Under the pieces are notes generated by a model, which was not told the origin of the DNA, did no database searches, and worked only from the letters and a program-made list of their open reading frames with translations. Shown here in pieces: positions 17,105 to 25,438 of a DNA stretch of 40,688 nucleotides (positions within the stretch are counted from its first letter, which is position 1; each line of letters opens with the position of its first letter). Position numbers and translations under genes: made by a program. The DNA lies in contig JBMSQQ010000023.1 in NCBI GenBank assembly GCA_049423385.1, positions 1 through 40,688 on the forward strand, in the 5' to 3' direction. Origin of the DNA: Silvanigrellaceae bacterium (lineage in GTDB: Bacteria; Bdellovibrionota_B; Oligoflexia; Silvanigrellales; Silvanigrellaceae).

Positions 17105-18958
17105 TCAGTCCACGGATGCCACGTAGTCATGAATTGCCTTGCGGAAGATTTCCACGCGGCCAACGCTTTGTGCGTACGCATCTTCTGCCTTTCCTGGCAA
17201 AGACTGGGTGCAAACGGATATGTAGAACTTTATCTTTGGTTCAGTTCCACTGGGCCGCATGGAAATCTTGCTGCCGTCATTCAATTCAAGTTGAATGACG
17301 TCGGACTTTGGCAACGAATCAAAGGTTGCAGCTGCTGAAAAAGAACCATTGTTGTTCAGGCGCTTGGATTGTTGCTGGTAGTCGTAAATGGCCGTGATAC
17401 CCGTACCTGCGAACATGTTCAGAGGATTGTTGCGCATTTTGTTCATCAGTCGGCCGATGCGTCGTGAGCCTTCCTCACCTTCCAGATCGACGGTGATGAG
17501 ATCCTCCTGCCATGCGCCATACTGACCAAAGAGCGACAAGAGTTTTTGACAATGGGTGATTCCATTTTCCTTGAATGAAGCAGACATCTCCACAGCCTGG
17601 CAAAGCGCGCCAATTCCATCTTTGTCGCGCACATAGTCACCTGGCATAAAACCAAAGCTCTCTTCGGTGCCAAAAAGGTATTTGCGATCCTTGAGTCCTT
17701 TGCGTTCCCAATCGTTCACGACTCCGGCGATCCATTTGAAGCCTGTGAGTGTGTCCAGGATCTCAATCTCATAGTTTTTGCAGATTCGAGAATGAAGATC
17801 TGAAGTCACGATGGTTTTGATGACTTTGTGTTCTGGCTTGAGAAGTCCAAGCCTCTTGCGGGTTGAAAGAATATAGTCGATCAATAGCGCACCTGTCTGG
17901 TTGCCATTCAGAAATACATAATCGCCAAACGCCTGATTTTTGAAACTCCCTTTGGCTGCAACTGGGTCACGGACAACGAGTGCAAGACGATCGGAGTCCG
18001 GATCCGTAGCAAGAACGATATCGGCCTTTTTTTGGGATGCTTGCGCAATTGCCAATGCCAGTGCGAGCGGTTCCTCTGGATTCGGTTTTTTGACCGTCGG
18101 GAAATTTCCATCGGGCTTGGCCTGCTCGGCCACGATGTACAGATTCTTGTAGCCCCAATCTGTCAACGCACGCTGCGTTGGTGCTGCTCCCGTGCCGTGC
18201 AAGGGAGTGTAAACAACGCTGACATCCTTCTTGAGGTTTGGCTCCAGTTGAAGCTCTTTCACCTTGGCAAAGTACGCGTTGACCGTTTCTTCCGGAACAG
18301 TTTTGATGAGTCCCTGTTTGACCGCTGTTTCCATGGTCATGAATTTTGCTTGCTTGTATTCCGTGACAGCAAACACCTCCGCGAGAATAGCCTTGTCATG
18401 CGGTGGCGTGATTTGTGCGCCATCGTCCCAATATACTTTGTAGCCATTGTATTGGGGTGGATTGTGGCTTGCTGTGATGCAGAGTCCGCCAATGCAATTG
18501 AGATTGCGCACGGAGAAAGAAAGACAGGGAGTTGTTTGAATTTCGTTGAACAGATAAACCGGAATGCCATTTGCCGCCAGAACGCCTGAAGCCTGTTCCG
18601 CGAAATAGCGAGAGGTGAGGCGGCTGTCATAAGCGATGACCACGCCTCTTTTCGCTTGTTCATTGCCTTGCTTGAGGATGTAGTTCGAAAAACCCTGGGT
18701 TGCCTTTCGCACAATCGGCCCGTTCATTCGATTGCTGCCGGCGCCAACAACTCCCCGCAGTCCGCCCGTTCCGAACTCCAACTCTCGCCAAAAACGCTCG
18801 CGCAAATCGTCCGTGCTGCCACGCTTTACGAGGTCAAGTATTTCGCTTTTGGAGTCCGACTCGATTGTTGGGTCCTGCAACCACAGTTCCAGTCGGGGGA
18901 ATGCTTCACCTAGAACTGGTTTGAGAGATTCCGGCAGCTGTTGGTTTTGATGTGTCAT
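17105..18958 (-). CDS. Phosphoglucomutase/phosphomannomutase family phospho-sugar mutase
   Basis: LEFGTGGLRG, ITASHNP (phospho-Ser), DPDSDR (metal loop), TLTGFKWI, GTEESFG, RPSGTEPKIKFY. Confidence 0.95.
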   Translation of the reverse strand: MTHQNQQLPESLKPVLGEAFPRLELWLQDPTIESDSKSEILDLVKRGSTDDLRERFWRELEFGTGGLRGVVGAGSNRMNGPIVRKATQGFSNYILKQGNEQAKRGVVIAYDSRLTSRYFAEQASGVLAANGIPVYLFNEIQTTPCLSFSVRNLNCIGGLCITASHNPPQYNGYKVYWDDGAQITPPHDKAILAEVFAVTEYKQAKFMTMETAVKQGLIKTVPEETVNAYFAKVKELQLEPNLKKDVSVVYTPLHGTGAAPTQRALTDWGYKNLYIVAEQAKPDGNFPTVKKPNPEEPLALALAIAQASQKKADIVLATDPDSDRLALVVRDPVAAKGSFKNQAFGDYVFLNGNQTGALLIDYILSTRKRLGLLKPEHKVIKTIVTSDLHSRICKNYEIEILDTLTGFKWIAGVVNDWERKGLKDRKYLFGTEESFGFMPGDYVRDKDGIGALCQAVEMSASFKENGITHCQKLLSLFGQYGAWQEDLITVDLEGEEGSRRIGRLMNKMRNNPLNMFAGTGITAIYDYQQQSKRLNNNGSFSAAATFDSLPKSDVIQLELNDGSKISMRPSGTEPKIKFYISVCTQSLPGKAEDAYAQSVGRVEIFRKAIHDYVASVD

Positions 18959-20346
18959 TTGACCTGCCCTTTTTTAAGATCGGTGATGTTGTCGCTGATT
19001 GAATTCAAAAACTTTTGAATGTTTCTCCGGGTGTATGAATCCGTGTCCGGATAGCGTGACAAAATGCTTTCGAGTATCTGTTTGCATTGTGACAGGCTGT
19101 CAAGTTTGCCTTGTGTGTCACCAATGATGGCCACCTTTTTATAAATTTCAGAAGCTCTTCTTCGCATGTCCTTGACGTGAGCCTCGGACGCCTCGCGCCT
19201 CAGACCGCGGGTTTTTTCACTCTTGTTTGCTTCCGAAAGATTGTCGAGGATCTCGACTGCGTCACCTGGCTTTCCATCATTCAATGCCATTTTGGCGAGT
19301 TGAATGGCCTTGTCGGCTGAAAGATCAAAACGTTCAGAGGAGTTGAGCACCGCCGATGGGGTGAGAGTGTTGCATTGATTGCTCGTCGGGTTGGTGGAGG
19401 TGTCAACGAGCGTGGTTTTGCCTGAGCCCGCAGCGCCCGTTATCGAATCGATGCGGAGCTGATGCGGTCTGCTCGGGAAAAGGCGGCGGATCTTTATGGT
19501 TTCTTCTTCAAGAGCAGCGGTGTCTGCCTTCACCCTGATTTCCTCCAGGGTTGAAAGTTGACTCGCAAATGCAAGCTCCAATGCAGAAAACAAACGCAGG
19601 CGGGATGCTAGAAGCTTGTCGCGGGCTCCGCCTGGCGGAAGCTGCGAAAGCAATTCGTCCATCTTGATCAATGCTGCGGCTTGTGTTGATGCCTCCGAAA
19701 GGCTCGAACGAATTTCCTTGAGGAGTGTGCTTTGAGTGCCGGTGAGTAGAGGCTCCAGGTTTTGCAAATCATTTCTGAGTGCAGGGCCTGAAACAAAACT
19801 CATGAACTGCAAGGCAGAGACGCTGATGGATTTCGCAAACGACGCGCGGGCAGCGTTGCTGTCTCCTGCGGCCGCAAAACTTTCGCCCTTCAATTGTTCA
19901 ATAAAAGCAGAGCTGAACAGCGGCGATTCGAGTCTCAATGCCTGCTCAGCGGAGTTCAAAAATTTCTTCAGTGCTTCGGAGTCCTGTGGAGATTTCTGTT
20001 GGGCGCACCACGACGTTGCCAGAATAACACTGTTGGCATAGCTCTCGGGAGGCGCGATGAGTTGTGCTTCCAAGGCTCGAATTGCAGGACAGTCTCGTTT
20101 TGCGAGCGCAGCTTCAAATTGCGTCACAAAGGGAAGTGAGTTGTTGCTGCCAGAAGTTTTTCCGCCCGATTCTGTGCCTTGATTTTCTTTTTTATCAATT
20201 TTTGAATTTGTATCGGGACCAGACTGCTGCGTGTTGTTGGTGGTGCTGCAAGCTGAAACCGCGCTTGCCATCGCCACGAAAAACGAAACTCGTGAGAAAT
20301 TGCGGAGCAGGTCAATTGCGCACTGGCGGACGGGAACTATCTTCAT
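18955..20346 (-). CDS. Putative lipoprotein, alpha-helical (TPR-like) repeats
   Basis: Hydrophobic stretch ending in lipobox VSA-C, S/T/N/G-rich tether, amphipathic helical segments; stop overlaps the mutase start (ATGA). Confidence 0.7.
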   Translation of the reverse strand: MKIVPVRQCAIDLLRNFSRVSFFVAMASAVSACSTTNNTQQSGPDTNSKIDKKENQGTESGGKTSGSNNSLPFVTQFEAALAKRDCPAIRALEAQLIAPPESYANSVILATSWCAQQKSPQDSEALKKFLNSAEQALRLESPLFSSAFIEQLKGESFAAAGDSNAARASFAKSISVSALQFMSFVSGPALRNDLQNLEPLLTGTQSTLLKEIRSSLSEASTQAAALIKMDELLSQLPPGGARDKLLASRLRLFSALELAFASQLSTLEEIRVKADTAALEEETIKIRRLFPSRPHQLRIDSITGAAGSGKTTLVDTSTNPTSNQCNTLTPSAVLNSSERFDLSADKAIQLAKMALNDGKPGDAVEILDNLSEANKSEKTRGLRREASEAHVKDMRRRASEIYKKVAIIGDTQGKLDSLSQCKQILESILSRYPDTDSYTRRNIQKFLNSISDNITDLKKGQVK

Positions 20347-20387
20347 TGGGCTTCTCCGGATGATGAGCGAAGAGAGGCCCGAAAATG

Positions 20388-21635
20388 TTACCAGTGGCCA
20401 GACATTCCAAGCAAGTATCGGCGGTCTTTTGTGACTCGGCCGTCAGTGAAAATGGCAGCTTCGTAGGAACTGAAGTCCAAACTGAAGTTGGGCAAGGGAA
20501 GCGAAATTCCCCAGGATGTTCGGGTGTCGTTCAAGCCTGCACGCAGTGACAACGAATGGTTGTTGTTTGCGCTGCCTAAAAATATCTCAACTCCAGCATG
20601 GGTGAGTTGGTTGATATTGACGTCCCTGAAACCATAGTTCTTGCCGCCGTAGGTGATTGGCAATGGGTAAATATCCCCCGAAATCTTCAAGTTCACCCTC
20701 TGTGATGCAATGCGGATCCTCGGAACAATGCTGACGCCCAAGCGCACTTCGGTGGGATCCAATTGAGTTCCCGGCAATTCTTCGTTCACATCCCCGGTTC
20801 GTTTTGTGCCACAAATGGATTGGTTTTTTCCTGTCGCGGGGTTCACGAAATTGTCGACACAACCTGTAGGGATGTTCAAAATCGACAGGCCAAAGCTGGG
20901 CAGCCAAAAATCTCCTGCGGTCGCGATAAATCCTGCATCCACACTTGTTGCGGACGTTTTGTGCTGTTCAGACTTCAATGCCCCAAAAAGCCCCTTTGAG
21001 CTGATCATGTCAGCGAGACTGTGCGTTGCGAGCGAGCTCCAACGCAGGTTGGGTCTGAGGGAAAGACCAAGTGCCACTGCACCTGAACGGGACGAAATGC
21101 TCATATTCATTGCAGCTGTAGCCGTTGTTTCTGTCATGACAGTGCGGCTCAAGCCATCTTCCTGCGCCGGGTTTGCCACCAGATATGATCTCAGCGGGAG
21201 ACCAAGAAAAAAGGTTGGGCCTCCGCGTTCACCCATTGCCAGCCATGGGAACATCTGGGTTTCCAGATAATTCCGTTCTGTGACCGACTGACTTCCGAAA
21301 CTCTGGAGCCACTCGGATGGCTTCAGGGTTTTGCCTTTCAGTGTCGACATGGTCGTCCTGTTTCCACCCAGGGAAAGTCCAGGACCTTCAATGGAGTCTA
21401 TCGCAGCGCGACTGCGCGGATGGCGTGTTTTGTTGAGTGCGGCAGGATTGGCGTAGAGTGCGTCTTCGTTCAAGGCATGGGCTGTCTGGCTTCCGCCAAG
21501 GGCTCGAGTATAAGGAGAACTCCAGGTATTGTTCCACTCCAGAGCTGACGTTGTGGTTTCGTCTGCCCGGCTTTGCGAGGACAGACAAAATGCAACATAC
21601 AGAATCGGCAAATTGGACTTCCTGAGTACTTTCAT
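20388..21635 (-). CDS. Putative outer-membrane beta-barrel, FadL/PorV/TraF-like
   Basis: Signal peptide; TRALGGSQTAHALNEDALYANPAAL resembles the GGAxxA...AxxxNPAxL N-terminus of these barrels; alternating beta-strand patterns; terminal Trp; GGAGG RBS. Confidence 0.7.
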   Translation of the reverse strand: MKVLRKSNLPILYVAFCLSSQSRADETTTSALEWNNTWSSPYTRALGGSQTAHALNEDALYANPAALNKTRHPRSRAAIDSIEGPGLSLGGNRTTMSTLKGKTLKPSEWLQSFGSQSVTERNYLETQMFPWLAMGERGGPTFFLGLPLRSYLVANPAQEDGLSRTVMTETTATAAMNMSISSRSGAVALGLSLRPNLRWSSLATHSLADMISSKGLFGALKSEQHKTSATSVDAGFIATAGDFWLPSFGLSILNIPTGCVDNFVNPATGKNQSICGTKRTGDVNEELPGTQLDPTEVRLGVSIVPRIRIASQRVNLKISGDIYPLPITYGGKNYGFRDVNINQLTHAGVEIFLGSANNNHSLSLRAGLNDTRTSWGISLPLPNFSLDFSSYEAAIFTDGRVTKDRRYLLGMSGHW

Positions 21636-21745
21636 GAACCCTCCAGGGAAGGGATCGGAGTTCGTGCGGAAAATCTGAGTTCTCCGACATTCGCTTGGGA
21701 TTTAATGAATTCTTTGCCGGGCAGAATTGTGACATTGGAGATTAA

Positions 21746-22849
21746 ATGTCTGTCTTTCCTGATTTTTTTCTGAAGATTGTAGAGGACGCCGGAGCAAGGC
21801 AGCGGGGAATCGGGCTCGATGAATTGGTTGATTTCCATGCCTGGGTCTGTTCCCAAGCCAAAGTGGAAACACACGTTCACGTTGAGGCAGCAACTGGCAA
21901 GGGGTTTTATGAAAACCTCGATCATCCACCGAGTTGGCGTGAGAGTTGCCCCTGGCAACGCGCTCCGTTCCAGAACCTTCGCGGATTTATTGATGCATGG
22001 GTTGATCTGTCGAAATCGATGAGAGCGATAGTCGACTTCGAACGCATGGCAGAAGCGTTCGTTGAACAAAGAGTCGCTGATAACATTGTTTATTCCGAAG
22101 CATATGTATCTCCCGCCGATTTCTCCTTTATTCGCGAGAGATTTTCCATCGCATCCGAAGTTTTTCAATTTGAAAATGTGGTTCGTGCCTATCTGCGGGG
22201 CATGAAGAAGGCCTTGGCGAGGAATCCTGGAACCGAGGTTCGTGTGATCGTTGATTCACTTTGGATATCCTCGAACGAAGAGCGCGAAATCATGCATCAG
22301 GCCATCACGAATATTCTGGGCGACCACGAAGCGAGTTGCGATTCCCATGGTCATCCGATTGTTGTGGGAATTGGTTTGGGTGGAATGGAAAACCACCGAT
22401 TTTTAAATGAACAAAAAGAATTTTTTGCCAAAATGAGGGCACTGGGACTGAAGATTGACATTCACAGCGGAGAAGGCGGGACCCCTGAATTGCACAAAAC
22501 AAGCGTTGAAGCTCTTGTTCCAGACAGGGTTGCGCACGGCTTTGCCGGTGTGGAGGCAAAGTTTTTGTTTGCCGACAATCTGGTGATGTGTCCGCTCAGC
22601 AACATTCTTCTCAATACCTATCAGGGACCGGTGGTGAATCATCCGGTTTTTGATTGTTTGCGCCAGGGCGTGCCTGTCAGCATCGGCTCGGATGATCCTT
22701 TGTTGCTCGGCAATAGTCTTTCCCTTGAATACACATTGATTCATGCGGTCACGGGACAGGGGCGCGAGGCTTTTGCCGTCACGCAAAAAAACGCCCGTGA
22801 GCGGGTCTTCGCTCCGAGCGTTCTTCGGCGAGTGTTCGAAACGAAGTGA
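21746..22849 (+). CDS. add: Adenosine/adenine deaminase-family amidohydrolase
   Basis: KVETHVHVE (HxH), DIHSGE, RVAHG, CPLSN, SIGSDDP: metal ligands and catalytic Glu present; GGAG RBS. Exact substrate uncertain. Confidence 0.85.
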   Translation: MSVFPDFFLKIVEDAGARQRGIGLDELVDFHAWVCSQAKVETHVHVEAATGKGFYENLDHPPSWRESCPWQRAPFQNLRGFIDAWVDLSKSMRAIVDFERMAEAFVEQRVADNIVYSEAYVSPADFSFIRERFSIASEVFQFENVVRAYLRGMKKALARNPGTEVRVIVDSLWISSNEEREIMHQAITNILGDHEASCDSHGHPIVVGIGLGGMENHRFLNEQKEFFAKMRALGLKIDIHSGEGGTPELHKTSVEALVPDRVAHGFAGVEAKFLFADNLVMCPLSNILLNTYQGPVVNHPVFDCLRQGVPVSIGSDDPLLLGNSLSLEYTLIHAVTGQGREAFAVTQKNARERVFAPSVLRRVFETK

Positions 22850-22855
22850 CTCTTT

Positions 22856-24088
22856 TCAGGACGCCAATGCAAGCATCGTTTCCAACGGCGATGGCTTGTT
22901 TCCCACCTTTGCCGGTTTGATGTTCTCCTTGAGTTTTTTCAACTTGGCCAAAGGAACAACGCGTCCGCTCTTTTTGCTGCCGTCAGCCAGCAGGGTTTGG
23001 ATGTTGTAAATGATATCTTCTGTCAGTGGGTTCTTGAACGGTTTGTTGCCCCGCAAAATTCCTTCAATGATTGATATTTCTTCCTGAAGGATCTCGCGCG
23101 AAACTTCGGCGAAAAGCTTGAGATGCTTTTGAAGAACGACGCACAGGTTTTCAGCCAGCTGCTTTTGCGAAACGTCCGTTGCGGCCTTGATCAGCAGGGC
23201 GATGTGCTGTGCAGTCATGGAAAGGCTTTGATGCTCCTTGGAGACCCACTCCGAATAAGAAGCCATGAAGCCTGGAAATTCATCCGGATGCTTCAGCATG
23301 TAATGTCTCAAGACACCGTGACTCATTTCTGCCAGCGCGGGTGCGGCCGAAAAAAATGAACTCAAATGTTCTGCAAGGAAGAAAAAGGCGGCATTTCCCC
23401 GCTTCTTTTGTTCAAAGAAGGCGTTCAGCAAATCATCCAGGAGACTTTGGCCAAATCGGCTGATGACCCTGTTGAGTTGTGATGTCGTGTTTGAATTGAG
23501 AGGACATTTGGCAAGGTAATGCAACAACGAAACCCGAATTGCGTTGTTGTTCAAATTGCTGCGTGCCAGCAGGCTGGTGGTCACATATTCGACCACGCGC
23601 GCTGCACCCTGAGGATCCAGGCCGCTTTGTCCTGCTCGTTCTGCAATCATCAAGCCAAATTCGGTAACCAGAACGAGTACAGCCTGACCAATGGAATTCT
23701 TGCCTTTGCCATCCGAAAGCTCCATGTCGGAAAGATGCAACATGGCCATTGCAACTTCACGATAGAAGTCTGCATCCTGCGACGTCTCGAACAAAGCGCG
23801 CAGAAATGACAAACTGGTGTCCCAGTCTCGCTCGTGCGCCAATCCCGCTGCCACGAGCCAAATGGTGCCTTCGAGATGCTTCTCGTTGTCGTAGTGAACC
23901 TTGAGCCTGGAGGCTGCGTGCTGAACAATGCGAGTCCTTGCCTCCAGACTCGAGCATTTGAATCCACGCAGAAAATTCAGTTTGTGAGACTCACTCGAAT
24001 GCGGTTGCAGTGCAGCAACGTCGTTGAGCTCTTTGAGTGCAGCTTCAATCGCCTGATCCGGAGCGAGCTCTTTCAAGTGGTGAGACAT
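22856..24088 (-). CDS. Hypothetical cytoplasmic all-alpha (solenoid-like) protein
   Basis: About 410-aa ORF of Leu/Ala-rich amphipathic helices with no recognisable motif; GGGAGG RBS favours ATG 24088 over GTG 24106. Confidence 0.7.
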   Translation of the reverse strand: MSHHLKELAPDQAIEAALKELNDVAALQPHSSESHKLNFLRGFKCSSLEARTRIVQHAASRLKVHYDNEKHLEGTIWLVAAGLAHERDWDTSLSFLRALFETSQDADFYREVAMAMLHLSDMELSDGKGKNSIGQAVLVLVTEFGLMIAERAGQSGLDPQGAARVVEYVTTSLLARSNLNNNAIRVSLLHYLAKCPLNSNTTSQLNRVISRFGQSLLDDLLNAFFEQKKRGNAAFFFLAEHLSSFFSAAPALAEMSHGVLRHYMLKHPDEFPGFMASYSEWVSKEHQSLSMTAQHIALLIKAATDVSQKQLAENLCVVLQKHLKLFAEVSREILQEEISIIEGILRGNKPFKNPLTEDIIYNIQTLLADGSKKSGRVVPLAKLKKLKENIKPAKVGNKPSPLETMLALAS

Positions 24089-24112
24089 AAATTCCTCCCG
24101 CGTCACCCGTCA

Positions 24113-24670
24113 TCAATTGGCCTGGTGGCGCTTCACGTAATCCACGATTCGAGATCTTGATGTTTCGTCGAGGCCGCGGAGTTCGAGTCCGTAACCTACA
24201 TGCAAGCCATTTTCCCTGACCTGACGCACGACGAGAGCCCTCAGGTGCATCGGTCGACCGAGACCTTTGCCCTCTTTCAAGGTCAGTTTGATTTCATCAT
24301 TCAATTTGAAGACTGCATCCTCGGTTTCAAAGTACAAACCCGAGATGGAGATGTTCTTCAGGCGACCGGTGGCGACCGAAGTGTCGTTGTGGGCAACCAC
24401 CAATTCGTTGATTGTCGCTCGTGGTGCTCTGCGCCCCTGGTTTGCATTTTCGCTGATTTGAACCGAGACGAGGTGTGACTTGGCGGCCTGCTTCAGTTCG
24501 CCGACTTCTGCCAAGGGGCGCCAATCAGGAAACCCTTCCCTGTAGACGTAATCAACGTCACTCAATACACCCTCGGAAATGGCAGACCGAAGTTCGGCTT
24601 CAGTCATCGGTCCGACCTGTACTTCCTTTGCGTAGTAGAACCACACTCTTTCGTTCAAAGCCGCTCCCAT
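24113..24670 (-). CDS. GYF_2 (DUF4339) + PilZ domain protein, probable c-di-GMP receptor
   Basis: N-terminal WFYY...QVGPMT...L...YVYREGFPDWRPL (GYF_2 pattern); C-terminal RRAPR (RxxxR) and NISISG (D/NxSxxG). Confidence 0.85.
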   Translation of the reverse strand: MGAALNERVWFYYAKEVQVGPMTEAELRSAISEGVLSDVDYVYREGFPDWRPLAEVGELKQAAKSHLVSVQISENANQGRRAPRATINELVVAHNDTSVATGRLKNISISGLYFETEDAVFKLNDEIKLTLKEGKGLGRPMHLRALVVRQVRENGLHVGYGLELRGLDETSRSRIVDYVKRHQAN

Positions 24671-24686
24671 GGCTTCCTCTCCCCAG

Positions 24687-24711
24687 AAAGGTTTGCAATC
24701 GCTAAACCTTT
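24687..24711. promoter_or_regulatory. Inverted repeat / 5'-UTR hairpin upstream of the GYF_2-PilZ RBS
   Basis: AAAGGTTT-GC-AATC-GC-T-AAACCTTT, perfect 8-bp arms. Confidence 0.55.
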
Positions 24712-24880
24712 GGTCACATCGGAAGGACCTGATATGAACTTGACGATCTTTTGCTGAACTTTAATTTTTCTAAATAAACTCCATTGATTTTGATGGTTTG
24801 AGTGAGCTGATTTTTTTTCGGCAGTTGCCTGTTCATTGGCTAAAGTTTGGCAGAAAATATTGCCGGACAGGGGGGAGTTT

Positions 24881-25438
24881 ATGAAATTGCCGGGTCAGCT
24901 GGGTTCTGCATTTATCTCGCTGTCATTATTGCTTTTATCGGCGGACTTTGGTGTTGCCATGGCTGCCGCTGCACGGGAAGGAATTGTCTCGAATCCGCAA
25001 GTTGCGAAGTCGCCCAAAGCAAAGCCAACGGAAGAGTTGGTGGCAGCCGACACGACTTCAGAATACTCCAAGATTCTTGAACGCATGCAACAATTGACCG
25101 CGACCGGCCAGCGCAGCGCGTTGGTTGAGCCTGGATTCTTCCAGAGTCTGAATTGGATTGGTCGCACTGCCTGCATCAACTATGTTTGTGGGACCCAAAC
25201 GCTGGACCATTGTCGCAAGGTTCTCGAGATGGGGCTGTCCGATGATGCGCTGGTGGTCAGGGACCATGCACTGCGCATTGCCATATCGACCCAGCATTTT
25301 TCCGAGGATGAAAAGAGAGCGGCTGCCCAGAATGCCGTCACCGACAATCGAAATTATCGAAAAGGAAGACCTTTCTGGATTGTTGACAGGGCACGTGGCT
25401 TTTTGTCGGCCGGCCCCGGAAATTCAACGTCTCGTTGA
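24881..25438 (+). CDS. Small secreted hypothetical protein with a HEAT-like repeat
   Basis: GGGGAG RBS before ATG 24881; signal peptide ending AMA-AAA; GLSDDALVVRDHALRIA resembles a HEAT/PBS repeat; three Cys; overlaps the convergent OmpA gene by 15 bp. Confidence 0.65.
   Translation: MKLPGQLGSAFISLSLLLLSADFGVAMAAAAREGIVSNPQVAKSPKAKPTEELVAADTTSEYSKILERMQQLTATGQRSALVEPGFFQSLNWIGRTACINYVCGTQTLDHCRKVLEMGLSDDALVVRDHALRIAISTQHFSEDEKRAAAQNAVTDNRNYRKGRPFWIVDRARGFLSAGPGNSTSR

Noticed and set aside
20388..21635. TraF-like barrel as a sign of a conjugative or mobile element
   Set aside because: No other tra genes, integrase, transposase or att-like repeats; housekeeping context.
21632..22168. 178-aa minus-strand ORF abutting the barrel gene start
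   Set aside because: Mostly antisense to the deaminase gene; no motif; the barrel gene has its own RBS.
21746..24088. Deaminase plus neighbour as a RADAR-like anti-phage system
   Set aside because: The deaminase is ordinary single-domain size, no AAA+ ATPase partner is adjacent, and the neighbour is convergent.
24684..24720. Possible c-di-GMP-I riboswitch upstream of the PilZ gene (GCAAACC present on the minus strand)
   Set aside because: No GNRA-capped P2 or GACGCAAAGC/P3 elements, and too short; it is just a single hairpin.
24841..24869. TAAAGTTT...GCCGGACA as a + strand sigma28 promoter
   Set aside because: Spacer is 13 rather than 11 nt, the -10 lacks CCGAT, and it would start transcription inside the RBS.
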